Shown here one piece after another: positions 39,134-52,460 of a stretch of DNA of 64,000 bases (its first letter is position 1; each line of letters starts with the position of its first letter). Position numbers and translations under genes: made by a program. Below the pieces are notes generated by a model. The model saw nothing but the letters and a program-made list of their open reading frames with translations, made no database searches and was not told the origin of the DNA. The DNA comes from Rhina ancylostomus (Eukaryota), in assembly GCA_030265395.1 (NCBI GenBank), contig JARFYF010000063.1, positions 48,518,236-48,582,235 of the forward strand, given 5' to 3'.

Positions 39134-39844
39134 GTAATTTTTTTTCCTAATACAATTCTTTCCTTTTCAGTATTGGTTGACTTTCCAGAGTAAATCAAGT
39201 AAAGATCTGAGCTGACTGTTTTGGTTCCTGTCATAAATCTTTTTAAGATTAATGTTTTTGTTTTTATCCTCACCTCTTTGATACAGTGCTGGCAGGGAAA
39301 GTAATCACACACTGCAAATTGAAAAAGAAGTGAACTGAGTACTTTAAGGGTGTAAAACGGAGATTATAGACTTCTCCATTCTGCTTCCACTTTAACATTG
39401 TCTCCACCAGATCACTGCACTAAGCCTACATGCAACAAAATGGTTCGAATAGGAAAAGGGAAATGGTGTTTCAAATAAATTGATTTTTCAGGAGTTGGTT
39501 GAAGGCAGTGAAGAGGTGCTGTGGGCATTGATTGAGAGAACAAGGGGGAAAAGAAAGGGAGAAAGTACAGGAGGAAGAGAAACTTACAAATTTTAAGGAG
39601 AGCAGCATTGAAGAGGAAACAGATCTGTCTGCTAATAGGGACAGCCGCGGGATTATCCCCTCTTGAGATCATGTTACCCATTCTATCCACAAGACTGAAC
39701 AGGCATTCAGGAGGTGAAGAACATAAACGGAAATTGGAATATGTGAAAATCATCAGTTTATATAATTGTTTAATCCAATGCAAAGCAAATTATTCTAAAA
39801 ATATTACTGTTCCTTACTTGTACCTTACCATGAGGGGCAGAGGT

Positions 39845-40093
39845 AGGGTGGATGTGCAGTCTTTTTTTTAAAATCGGGGTTGGGGAATCAAGAACTAGAG
39901 GACATAGGTTTAGGGTGAGAGAGGAGAGATTTAATAAGAACCTGAGGGGCAACTTTTTCACCCAGAGGGCGGTCGCTCTACGGAAGGAGCTACCAGAGGA
40001 AGTGTTTGAGGCAGGTGCATTAGCAACATTTAAAAGGCACTTGGACCGGTACATGGATAGGAAAGGTTCAGCGGGGTATGGGCCAAACACAGG
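39845..40093 (+). mobile_element. Young CR1 LINE, ORF2 C-terminus (cut by a gap)
   Basis: Open frame SRTRGHRFRVREERFNKNLRGNFFTQR...ELPEEVFEAG..TFKRHLDRYMD is the classic CR1 ORF2 end. Confidence 0.95.
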
Positions 40094-40193
40094 NNNNNNN
40101 NNNNNNNNNNNNNNNNNNNNNNNNNNNNNNNNNNNNNNNNNNNNNNNNNNNNNNNNNNNNNNNNNNNNNNNNNNNNNNNNNNNNNNNNNNNNN

Positions 40194-40268
40194 CAGCATG
40201 GAATCCATGTGCTGGACAACAAGGCATTAATGGAGCCATATTGAGGGCCAGAACTCAGAACCATGACA
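40194..40268. mobile_element. Second copy of the LTR-like terminus
   Basis: 73/75 identical to positions 1-75. Starts at a gap edge and ends in CATGACA. Confidence 0.5.
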
Positions 40269-42223
40269 GTATGATACTAAAAGCAGTTGCTGGGACTTAA
40301 TTTAAGATATGCAATGGCCATTTGTTACAAAAAATGTATTTTGTAACAGAGCTGGATAAACTGTGGTGACCAAGGAATGGAATTATTATTTACAGGGCTT
40401 GCTTTGGACCCTAACTGTTGCGATTCAGGCTCTCCCTTACTGTTTTCAATCAGTTTGAAGCTAGCATTAGGCTTTGTTCGGCCGATATCATTGTTGGTCA
40501 ACGCTAAGTAAATAGGAATAGAAGCAATTGAATGGTTCTGCTGTATGGCATGAAGAAGTGATGTCATATTGTCATTTGAGCATGATGGAGGAATGTGACG
40601 GGTCTTTATGTCAAGGTACCTGCTCCTGATGACTATCCAATGGATCCTGCTAAATGATACATGAGTGGATGTTGGGAAAGGTTTGGCACTATTTCCTTTA
40701 AGGCTGAATTGGCCAAAAATGCTGGTATTCTGCACACACAGAATGGCTTCTCGGAGTGAGTATTGCAAGGCCGATCGTCAGCAGAAGTCCACACCTCACG
40801 CTTCCACAAACGGGGAGCAAGAGACTGACAAAATGAATAACCTGTCAGCGATTTCTCTGTGATTTTAATCTGTCACTTATTTCCACAAATGTAATGATCT
40901 AGGGATGGGAAGTGGTACTTTTAAGCACTGAAGATATGGAATATGAAATCCTTTTCAGCACCCCAGGGTAATAATAGAAGCACATGAGAGAATAGAAGGA
41001 CATTTCAGTTCTACTGAAATAGCATACTTCTTCATATTTTGCCACTGAATGAATAATTTAGTGCAATATATTTCAAATTCCTAACAAAATTGTTACTTAA
41101 AGCAAAGAAGGTGAAATCCATTGTCTTAATTGCAATGTGTTAAGCTTATAAGTTTAAGTAGAGTCAGCACTTGAAGGGGAAACAAAGCACACAGTGACTA
41201 CTGGAAACAGTAAGCTATGGTTTATGTTTAAGGTAAAGACCTTGGTGTGTTGCAAAAGACAGTTCCTCCAGAGGTATTTTTCACATTGGTGTTTTGAATG
41301 CTTAGTTTAGCCATGATTCTATATAGACTGCTCCATAAAGAACTTAGTTTGTTTGCACCCCTCTTTAAGTTGCCCATCCTTTCAATAACGATTTATGTGT
41401 GCTTATTTATTCACTGCAAAACAAATGATAGTCTGAACAGTGTAAAATACCTCCAGGCCAAAGATATGAATTGATCAGTGCAAAGATCCGGCATAAGGAA
41501 AGGATGAGATCATTAGCTGACAAATAGTGGGAATAGGCCACTGAAGTAGAATGGGCCTATATTATTTTGGGCCTAAATATTGCATCATTCCAGCCCAAGT
41601 TCATGGTTTTATAAAAAGGGTCTCACGGAATTGCAGTGTCATCATTATAATTTTGCACTAANNNNNNNNNNNNNNNNNNNNNNNNNNNNNNNNNNNNNNN
41701 NNNNNNNNNNNNNNNNNNNNNNNNNNNNNNNNNNNNNNNNNNNNNNNNNNNNNNNNNNNNNGAATTGCGGTGTCATCATTATAATTTTGCACTAATGATG
41801 CATCTATCATCTCTCCAATTTATCCAAGCCCTCTGCAGGCCATTTAGCAGCTGTAAAATAATTATCAAGCTGAGAGGATCACTGGCTGGTAGAGACTGCC
41901 TGGTAGAGAAGTTAACTAAGACTTCCTTGCATGACGGTCCAATATATATTTAATGCCAACATTTCTGAAGTTGTTAAAGTAAGCATCTCCCTCCTAAAGC
42001 AGCTCACTGTGGCATTAGTCCCATCTGCCTGCATGACTGCTTGATGGGGATATTAAAGATCCCAAGGCTCAATTTAGAGACCAAGGACATTATTGCAGCA
42101 TCCCAACACATTCCTTATTCAATGGGAACTTCCAAAACATGCAATTAATGCAGAATTATTCTAAATGTTACTTCTGCCTTTCGACCATGCAAGAAGTGCA
42201 TTTCTATATTTGCCTTCCGAACA

Positions 42224-42358
42224 ACCATCACTAACAAGTGCCATACCATCCAATACCATCCTGCGCCATACCAGTGCCATACCATCATGTCCACTAACAA
42301 ATGCCATACCATCCAATGTAATTAATTGCATTGGTGGTATGGTATTTGTTAGTGGGCA
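42224..42358. repeat. Short tandem repeats of GCCATACCATC plus a 71-nt near-perfect palindrome
   Basis: Direct copies at 42229-42254 and 42292-42317 (25/26 identical). The palindrome 42288-42358 is centred on TTAA. Confidence 0.9.
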
Positions 42359-43309
42359 GAGAGCACTGATTGTGAGATATCCAATCCATGGACAAGAGCA
42401 TTCACTAGAATTTACACATGAGCTACTATCACTCGTTGAATTTTTTGATTTACTTACAATCCAGGAATTCAGCAACACTATCCCTTGGAATACAATTACG
42501 ATGGAGAAGAACGAAAAATCTTTGTCTCTTATTCACATAGTCATGCTGAGTTTTGAAGTTTAGGGATGAAATTTCTAATTTCTCACAACTTGGTACAAAT
42601 CCAGAAACAGCAATGTAAGTTGTGCCCTCTCAAGTTCTGATATTCTGTCCACTAAAATGACTGGACAGAAAACCTTAAGCCAGGAGGTGAATGTGGGCTC
42701 CAGGCATGTGTCGAGAATCAGCTCATCAGAATCTTTTGCCTTTGGACTATAAACTCTCCACTTGCAGCAAAATGCCAAAAAAAATCAGCATTACAGTTTG
42801 ACTGTGGAAATCTTTTCTGAATGCTTCTCGTTTAAATGGGAGTAACTGTACAATAAACTGATGCATTGACATTTTGTTGCCGTGCACATTGCCTAAGTGC
42901 AATGGTTTGACATCTTGTTTCTACTAGCTTGGGCTTGGGCATTTTTTTTAAGTAAGGCAAAGGGCAAGCAGCCAACTGGTTACACAACAGAATTAGTAAT
43001 GATCTCTCTCCTACAGACAGTGGAAATGTTCAACTATTGTACTTAGGCGTACATAAGTATCCTACAAGAGAAAATGTGAGTCAGTACCTTTTCAAATCCT
43101 CACTTGCACGAATGTGCCCATTTCCAAACTACTCTGAATCACAAAATTAGCATGAACTCCCTTCACTGACACCTCAAACACTTTGTTTGAAACTCATGCT
43201 GCATCCATCCAACCTTAAAACCATTAACTTGTACCATTCAAATCATCCTTGTACTTCAAGTCTTAATTTTTCAGAATAATCTTTAAAGCAAAGTCTTTTA
43301 TGCTCTCTT

Positions 43310-43550
43310 AGGTAGTTTTAAAAATCTCTGGCACTATTTTGAAAAGCGCAGTTCTCTTTGTCCTTGTTAACATGTATTCCTCAGTCAACACCACTAAACA
43401 AACTGACTAGTTATCACATTGTTCTTTGTGGGATCTGTGGTGTATGCAATAGGGCTGCCACATTTCCTACATTACAACAGTGATTACACTTCAAAGGTAG
43501 CTGTAAAGCCGAGATCATTAAAGATGCAACATAAATGGGAGCTTTGCTTT
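43310..43550 (+). mobile_element. Deu-domain SINE, 3' part
   Basis: ggcactattttgaa, cctcagtcaacaccactaaac, tgtgggatctgtggtgtatgcaatagggctgccacatttcctacattacaacagtgattacacttcaaa. Confidence 0.8.
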
Positions 43551-43734
43551 CATAAATATGCAGCCTACTGTTTGCATCCTTTCAGATTAAGAAAGTGCTT
43601 CGGCCTTGATTATGTGACCTCTGGGGCCACCCATTACAGGGGTTATGGCAAATTACAAGCCATAATTAGTGCCTGGTATCAAAATCAAATGCGTGGAATC
43701 CAGAAGTAGGGCATCATTAACATAAATTGGCTGT

Positions 43735-44040
43735 TAATGAATTCAAAGAGGAATTTAGGAGAAACTTTCTTACCCAGAGCACTTGGAATGTCGAACAATC
43801 TAATACAGAAGGAATATAGCACAATACACGTTCTTAATTCAAAGATGTGAAGGGTGGTAGATAGATTGGCCACTGAAAATTGCCCCTAGAGTGTAGGTGA
43901 GTGGAGAAATTTCAGAGGAGTTGATGGAAATGTGGGGAGAATGAAATGGGATTGGTGTAAGATTAGTACGAATGGGTGCTTGATGGTCAGCATGGACTCG
44001 ATGGGCTGAAAGGCCAGTTTCCATGCAGGACTCTATGTGG
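43735..44040 (+). mobile_element. CR1 fragment followed by the 3' half of an HE1-like V-SINE
   Basis: gaggaatttaggagaaactttcttacccagag (CR1). Then caaagatgtg...attggccactgaaaattgcccctag...gggtgcttgatggtcagcatggactcgatgggctgaaaggcc. Confidence 0.8.
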
Positions 44041-45664
44041 GAATTAATAGTAATATAGATGATTAAGGCTGTTTCTGATTCATCTATGCAAATTCAGATG
44101 ATGCTAGAGCTTATCAGCCTGATACCAGACCTAACAATTTGTTCAAAATTGGATACTAAGACAAAGTGGCATCACAAATCATCCATTGCTTTCAGGTTCT
44201 CAGTACAAGAGTGACTCACAAATGCATTGTCCTACACAACAGGCAAAATGATCCAAAAAGCAAGGATGCATAAAGCAAAAGATTTAAAGGTATTTGTTAC
44301 AGCATGTTAGGTCAGTGTACGTAAGCTGACGTTGAAGTTAGTATTTTAAGTGTTAGGCTATAGTTAAAATTATATTTGGGACTTCTCGTCATACTGAACA
44401 TATCATAGAATCAAAGCTTCTCCTGCCACCCAGCAAGTATTAAATAGGTCATTTTAATCTGCTTCTGCTGTGCATTCATGCCAGAGTTTTATCAGAGCAT
44501 TGGGCTAGAAACACTCTCATATGGTGCAGTCAAGCTGAAAGAGGCTTTTCCACCTGAAGGGAGAAGAGCAAAAAAAAGTGCATAAGCCTTTTGAAATATG
44601 GGGTGGGGTAGAAATGTTCCAGCCTTGCACTGATACCATTGCCAACCCTTCTCGGAAAGTGCAACAAACTCTGTAAAATGGAAGAGAAGGAACAGAACCC
44701 ATTTGTTGGAACAAAATTAACACACAAATAATGAATTTTTAAACACTATGCAAAAGGTATTAAATTTAACTCCCAAGCTGCTTTGAGGGGTGGTATGAGC
44801 TTTGGACATTTGGTGGAGGAAGAAGATGGTGGCAGACGAATCAGACATCGTATGTACACCCTGCTACGTAGATTAAGCAGCAGCACTGATTTGCTTCTAC
44901 CCAGTGGCTCTGGGCAGAATTGCCCCACTCTCCCGACCGGGAATCGAGGACTGGCAATCTCAACCCTGAGGAAAAGCTTGTCTGAATCAGTCCAGATGGC
45001 TTTTCTTAGATAACAGTACAGCAGATATTAATCAACTGGTATCGTTTATGTTTTGTTTTGGTTTTATTCTTGTCGAACTGAGGAAGGAAGAGGAATAAAT
45101 AATCATCTTTGACATCATTCAATGACTAGAACCTTGCTGCTGATGTCTTCAGAGTAGAATTTAGATTATAGAATGGAAAATTAACAACAATACTATTTAA
45201 ACAAAAAATTATTTTTAAAGTATTTTAAATTTTTGTTTGGCTGTCAGGAGGGCACTGAATGTTTCTTGTTTTTGAAGACGTGAACTTCCTACTTGACAAC
45301 CCAATTTCTTTGTGTGAATGCTACATGGAGTTTACAGCAGAGAAGTAGGCTAAGGGGCTTGTCTGCTGGTCCTTATCTACAGAAGCCTCTTCTGCCTTTA
45401 TTCTCACCTTCTCTATATACCCTTCACTGATGCTGATGTATTAATTGCTGCATTATGCCTCCATGAGGTGTTTTCACATACTTTATCGGAAAGATACTGC
45501 TGTTGACCTTCCTCTGACACATACTTGGGATCTATTTCCATTGATATTAGTCATAAAGTGGGAATTAACATGCAGCTAAAGTATTGAAGACCCAACTACA
45601 TGGACGAAGTCAGTTTGGTCCACTCTTAATTAACTTCTCTGTCAAACTTATGTGCTAAGCCCTG

Positions 45665-45990
45665 GGCAAAACAGTAGAAGTCCTTCTGCAAAGCTCCAAC
45701 AACCCAGGTTCAGTCCTTATCTCCAGCATTATCTGTACGTTCTCCATTGACCACAGGGGTTTCCCCCTGGGTGCTTTGGTTTCCTCCCACATGCCAAAGA
45801 CATGCAGCTTGGGAGGTTAATTGGCCACCATAAATAGCTGCTAGTTTGTAGGCATGTGGTAGAATCTGGGGAGAGTTGATGGGAATATAGCGAGAATAGG
45901 TTACAGGGAAAATTAGTGGGGAATGACGGAGCTCAGTGAGTTGGCATAGACTCAATGGACTGAAGTGGCCTCCTGTGATGGAAGGAAATA
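45665..45990 (+). mobile_element. HE1-like V-SINE
   Basis: B-box-like ccaggttcagtcc, V-domain gggtttccccctgggtgctttggtttcctcccacatgccaaagac, and a CR1-derived tail. Confidence 0.85.
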
Positions 45991-46149
45991 AAGATCTGAC
46001 CTCTTTTGATTCAGTATGCTCGGAAGAATTCTCCCCACCTGAAGATGTCAAGAGCAAAAGAGTAATGGATGTATAAAACAAAAGTAAATACTATCATAAC
46101 AATGAATAACTTGAAATTAGAGAATTGTCTTTAATGTGCAACAGATGTA

Positions 46150-46650
46150 ACGGACTATTGAGACTAGTTCTGGGCATCAAACCTTAGGAAGGATATGTTA
46201 TACTTTGCTGCATTACCTCAGACGTTTAACAGAGTGATACCTACACTCCCAAGAGTGGAACTATACCATTTCACAAACTATTTGCTGCAATTTAGAAGGC
46301 TGGGGAGGATTCTTTTAAGATATGAGTGGAAACTGTGATAGGGGAGAGAGAGAGAAACCATTCCTGCTGGCTGGGATATTTAGGGCTTGGGCAAATGTCT
46401 ATTAATTGGAGGCCTTCTTTCAGGAGTGAAGGGACTGCCACATAGAGGGTGAGAGAGATTCAGAAATCGCTTCTGTGGATGGCAATTGATGCCAGGCCAT
46501 TTGCTAATTTTAACTTCAAGCTTTATAGATTTTCAATCAGGAATATGTAGATATAGTAAGCATGTGGATTAAGTAACTGATTAGCCATGGTCTTATTAAA
46601 TTGTAGAACAGGCCGACTGGGCCAAATAATCTGCCAAGTTCTATGTTCCT
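46150..46650 (+). mobile_element. Old CR1 LINE 3' portion
   Basis: agttctgggcatcaaaccttaggaaggatat, cacatagagggtg, and the tail tagaacaggcc...gggccaaat...ttctatgttcct. Confidence 0.7.
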
Positions 46651-48899
46651 TCTCATAGCATGGAGGGGTGAAATCAATGTTATTTAACATTTCTTGGAAT
46701 TGGCCTCAAGGTTAATATGTAGATAAAGTAAAGTTATAGCTCTGGGTATGCCTACCCAAAGGTATTTCAACAGGGGTGTGGGGTTTACCATTTTCTGGAA
46801 GGTAATCTATGCTGTGAGCTGGTATAGTAGTATCCTCTTTTCTGGCTGAAAGAAGTTTAGAACAGCTTTAAACCAGCATCCCATCCCTGTAGTGGGCACA
46901 ACCCTGACACTTGGCACAACTGGCATGAATTGTGTGCTTTCACCATGCCCATAAGGGCAATCAGCGTGAGACATGGAACAGCAATTCATTCCTGTAGTGT
47001 CGTGCAGCAACTTTGGGAGGCTGGGATTTAGACACACTGTCGGGGACAGGGAGGGCCAGGAGAACCTCTGCATTGTAAATAATCAATACGTCATAACAGT
47101 GCCCATTTATAAAGGAAAGCTCTCTCATTTTGCCAGCTTGTCAAAGTTGACATTTTAAGTACTTGTACATAGATAAATTTGTAATTCTAATCATAAACCA
47201 GTAAGCGTGCAGTCAGAATGGTGATACAAATCATTCAAAAATCACTGGTGACAAATGCAATTATTGACTCTTCTGTGATTTTTGAAGCCTGCCCTCACCT
47301 TGCATTGCCTTGATGTCACACACAAGGTTACAAGTCAAAGGTGCACCCAGTGCAAGAGGTGATGATAGCAGAGTTCATGTTTTACAGTGAAGATGATGAT
47401 AGGGACTTTGATTCCTCCTCCTCCTCCTCTCCTTGGTGAATATGGAGGCTGGGACTGTGTTACTTCAGAGTAGAGGCTAAAAGCATATCAAGATCTAAGT
47501 TGATGTGATGGTTCTTTTTGTGATGATTAGAAAAGAAACATGCAGAGAATTTCAAAAGCAACGTGGAAGATTTAACTTAATGAACCAAAAAACCTTTATA
47601 ACGAGAATGATTATAGTTTTATTGTGCAGAATATCTTTATCACATCTTCCCAGATTTTTTAAAAATATCATTGTGAGAAATTGTCATGTGTTGTGACAGT
47701 CTTTTCAGTTGAAACAAACTGAGTAACAGGAAAAGCAATTTTGGAAGAGGAATCATCATCGCCAGAATGAAGTACAGCATCATGATTTTAGAATTGCACT
47801 GCTTGATAGCCTGCTTTTCATCTGTGAGAAAGTCGGCATTATATTCCAAAGAAAATATTGTGACTCACACAAAGTTGGATGGTTGTATCATTTAACATTT
47901 CAATGATGCTCAATTAGTAGGTCCAATTGCTGCCTCACTCTTCAGTTTGAGTTTGTTCCAGTTTCATCATGCAGCTTGACAGGTTTAATTTCAATACAGA
48001 TTTCCATGTTCAGACATTGAGCATACTCTGCAACATCTTACAGTCGCAATTAGTCTAATCTCGCAGATCAAAGGAAGCAGACTGCTGCAAAGCGAGAAAG
48101 CCTAGGGTGCAATTAATGATGGGCAGCTAATCCACTTGAGAAATTACTCCAGTCAGAAACTAATTCTTTGTACTTTGAAGTCATGTTCCTTTGCAAAATT
48201 GGTCAGCACACCTCTTTTTATTCCATTAAAGTGTTTCAGTGCCATTCCTTGAGAATCAATTGGGTGATTTCTACCACTTAAAGAATATTGATGAACGTTT
48301 TCTCCACATTTACTCAGTGTTGAACAAGCCATTGTAAGGATGGTTAATATATAGGCTTTATACAGGCATTACTCTTCCAGTTCAATGTGTTAACTCTTGG
48401 TATAATTTTTTTTCAATCATTTTATATCTGTTTTTCACTTGCATAATTTCCAGAATAATTTTTTTTGATAGAAATGGAGGGCGCAAAAAGAAAATGGTTG
48501 GCTTAAAAGTTAGCTCTGCTCCCTCTAGTGTATTATTTTGACTTAGAGTGGAGAAGACAGACATAATTACTTCGAAAATCAACAATTGAACCATATTGAC
48601 CCATCTCACAGATATGAGGCTGAGCAGTCCCTCTCTTAATTTGTTTCCTATGATCTGGTTACATTCCCTCCTCCCCCTGACTCCCTAAATAAGTTTTGTA
48701 TCTGGAGAAATTTCACTGAAGATCAACAGGTGTACTCTTATAACATACTGTGTGATTACATTCAGTTACCATCTACCTGCTAAAAACAGAAATCTTACTG
48801 GTACACAAGTCTTAAAAGTCTTAAGTTTGCTGTATGCAAAGTACCTACAAAAATATCAAAGTTCCACTGTTTGACAGCATGCCCTAGTTTGCATTCAAT

Positions 48900-49130
48900 A
48901 CTTTCTGTGCAAATAGTTTCCCAGAAACTAGGGCACTTACAAAGTAACAGAATCTTGCAACATGGAAGTCTATTCGAACCATCTTCCCCATGTTTGTTAA
49001 GAATGACCTATCCAGCTCTGGATTTTTTTTTACTTCCAAGTGCATTGTAAATTCCCCTTTGAAAGTCACTTTGAACCTGTATCCATCACCCTGCATGGGA
49101 ACAATTTTCACTAATGTACATTCCTTGCAA
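48900..49130 (-). mobile_element. Degraded CR1 3' fragment
   Basis: ttccaagtgcattgtaaattcccctttgaaagtcactttgaacctgtatccatcaccctgcatggg resembles the reverse complement of a CR1 3' end. Confidence 0.55.
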
Positions 49131-52100
49131 ACAATAGAAAGGTCTGAAATGAAAGACAAGGTAAGGTCAGGTTTACTTTTAATATCAATTGGGACTGAGC
49201 ATCACTGCTCCCAGTGAATATCAAAAGCCTTTTCTCATTTGGATTTTTCTTGAAGCTCACCAACTTCCCACATGGAAGTCAGCTCATCTTAAAGCAGCTC
49301 TTTATGACCCACCCACACAGACCATATATAAGAGCTTTCTACAGCCTTGCAACATTTCTGAAGCCCATTACAAGTTAGTGGTAAGCTCCCTTTAGACCAT
49401 CGTAGCTCAGCAAAGCCTCCTGCTATCACACTAAATTGTTTAATAGCATCACAGCGGGATTATCGACAACAGGGATGGGCACAGAACAGCGGCTTGTTCA
49501 GCTTCCTTTAATGGAGNNNNNNNNNNNNNNNNNNNNNNNNNNNNNNNNNNNNNNNNNNNNNNNNNNNNNNNNNNNNNNNNNNNNNNNNNNNNNNNNNNNN
49601 NNNNNNNNNNNNNNNNGGAGTTTGCCTGCCTGTTAATGGATCTTGTATAGCATTTGATGAACTGAATGTAGTTGCTGATAGCTAACAGATGGATCCCAAC
49701 GACGAGACACAAGTGACCTCATTGCAAACCTTAACTCGTTAATGTTTAAGTAGGGTGAAGCTAACTGCAAATATTATGTGCTTTCTATTCCTAATTTTAA
49801 ATATTCCAAAGATATCTCTTCCAGCTTCCAAAGGGTTTGTGTGTTATCAACTTGCTGAAACTTGAAAGGATTCATGAGGTCTGAAGTAATACGATATGTT
49901 CTGCGGGAGATGGGTGTGTAACCTTTGAGTGGTGACTGGGCAACTGGGGCATCTGACACCAAGGAAAGAGTCACCTAACTGGTTTAGAAGGAAAATCACC
50001 AGTTGTGAAATACCACAAGAGGGAAAAGAGATCAATTTTTTCCAATTTACCCTTCATTGACAGTTACTTTATTTGAATTGGCCACATTCAAATAGTTTCT
50101 ACATTACAGGATCAGAGCTTCATTAAAAGGCTGCCACATTGGTGGGTGTGGTTCCATAAAGATCTCTCAGCTCTTTGAAGGAGATATATTACAGGCTGCG
50201 TAGGTCTATTTAATGTTTTGCCGTAATAGAGTCAGATCAGTATACAACCTACTATAGTTAGCTCGTTATGTAAAATCTATTCACTGGATTTGTGACAAAG
50301 ACTCCCCTTGCCAACAGTTCTTGTTAGGAATTGGACATGGACTTTCAGAATGGAATTGGCCAATCTAGGCTGAGTTGGCAAGAGGACATCAGCAATCGGC
50401 CTCTGACTCTTGCTGGATTATTGGCAAAAGTAGGATCAAGCTGGGATATGATACCTCCCAAGGTCTAATTGCTCATACTCACTGGATAAGCAGACCCACA
50501 AAGAATAGGTCACATGGAACCAAAGCAGGGATCATGGACTCTGGGAGGGGGTTAGGGATTAAGTGGGATGTGTTGTCAGGTCGGGTGGTGGTGGCGGGGT
50601 CAGTTGTGAAAGTGGAAGATCAAGGGCAAATTGCACATCGAGGTACATGGCAAATGACAAATTAATACCATTCAGTGAAGTCACCAAACACACAATTCTC
50701 CAAGTATTCATTCAGAGATTTTAAAGGTCTGCTCCCAGAAAAAATTTCAAATCCCAAGTTAGACCCAGGATGAACAAGAGATAATGCCAAAGCACATGAG
50801 CTTGCTAAAGATCTTAACAGTGCAGGGAACGTAAACCAATTAGATTCCCTGCGCATTGATTTCAGTCGACATCGATGATAAATCAGATTTTAGTTTCATT
50901 GTCAGAAATGAGAGAATAAAAAAGCCTGAGATAACCATCTGTTGGGGCTAACTGACCTCACATCTGTACTGCTGGCAGATGTTTAGCACATGGATTTTTT
51001 TTTCTGCAGTGTTACGGTAAGTGTGCAGCTGCCTGGGAACATTGCATTTCTTTGCTTGCAGTAGCAAAATGTTCCCACCTCAATCAGAGCATTAGCAAAG
51101 CTGCTTGAATCTGGGTAGAGGGTTTAAAAATAATCACTCCGCAGAATGGAACATATTAACTCAAACGACCCTCCTGGCAGTGGGACTGTATAATCCTTAA
51201 AATAGCACAACCACATTGAGACGTACAATCCTGGCTTTCTTGAGTGTGGGTGGAATGTGTCTTGTTAATGCTGCTTCAGATTCCTTTTACATGGGATGTT
51301 CTCATGGAAATACATCAGTCAAGCTGCTCCCAGAGGAACATGGCATTGAATTAATCATTTTTAAAAAAATTAAATGTTTTTAATTTTCAAAGTGTCAACA
51401 CTTAACATTAGGCCAGAGCCAAGAGTTCTAAAGGAGAGATTTGACTCCTAACCAGAAAGTTCCAATCTCCAAGTGCTGGCCTGGATGATGGTTGAATTCT
51501 TTCTGTGTCCCTGGGTAGACTTTCCTTGTTCTTTTCCAGACCAGGATGCCGAGAAGGAAGACAGCGGGCAGAATCACCTGTTCTTTACGGTAGCGCATTG
51601 CTCTGTAACTCCTTCCCACAGCTTTGCTGCTGGCCATTACCAGAGGGGGCCATGCCGAAATCTCTCCAGTGCAGAAGGGGAAAATGGAAGGAATGAAATG
51701 ACTTCAGAAAAGGACACTAATCATTTTAACTAGTTGGTCTGGAAGATGTAAAAAGAAAACACATGCTAATCCTGTTGTAGTTTCTGTAGCTGTAGCTGTG
51801 ATCAAGGATTAACTGTAGAAATAACCTAAGCTCTTAATAATTAAAAAACAAAAGAGATCACGTTGATCCCTGCAGGAACATAGATGCAATCAGGGATAGA
51901 AGTAAAGATGTTTTTTTTCCTCCCTGGGTATAAATCTCAGAGCAGCAAATTTAGGGCACAATATCTGAGCTGCGCCACACTGCACGATCCAGGAGGAGAT
52001 GCTCCATTTCACACACTTGCCCTCCAGACGGACTGGTTTAGACAGTTGCTTCAATTTGGCACAGGTCACTAGCCATTGCCATGACAGCTGACTTTAGCAG

Positions 52101-52289
52101 TTCAAGGACCCTGTGGATATCATGATAAACACAAACTGCTCCCAGATTCACTTCTGTCACTTCCAGTTTGATATCAGATTTTGGGCAAGGATGGTTGGGA
52201 GGGGAGGAGATGAGGTGGTTGGTGATTGGAAGAAGAGTATGTTCAGTACAAGAATTTACCTGAGCATTTGTTCATGCTCAGTTGCTGAG

Positions 52290-52460
52290 TACATTTGTGA
52301 TAAGAATCGATACAGTTCTGGTAATTGAGGGAATCCGGGGATATAGAGCTGGTGCTGGAAAGTGGCGCTGGAATCAATGATCAGACATGACTTTATTCAC
52401 TGGCAGAGCAGGCGCAAGGGGCTGAGTGGTCCTACCCTGCTCCTATTTCCTGAGCTCTTG
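52290..52460 (+). mobile_element. CR1 3' end
   Basis: gagggaatccggggatatagag...atgatcagacatga...ggcagagcaggcgcaaggggctgagtggtcctaccctgctcctatttc. Confidence 0.85.

Noticed and set aside
41628-41795. 34-bp duplication with one mismatch across a 100-N gap
   Set aside because: Probably two haplotypes of a heterozygous site placed in tandem by the assembler.
42224-42320. CRISPR-like repeat array
   Set aside because: Irregular short repeats without unique spacers, in eukaryotic DNA with no cas genes.
49660-49670. miR-181 seed matches (TGAATGT) in the host locus as autoregulation
   Set aside because: They are intronic, and the few seen are about what chance predicts for a 7-mer in 64 kb of AT-rich DNA.
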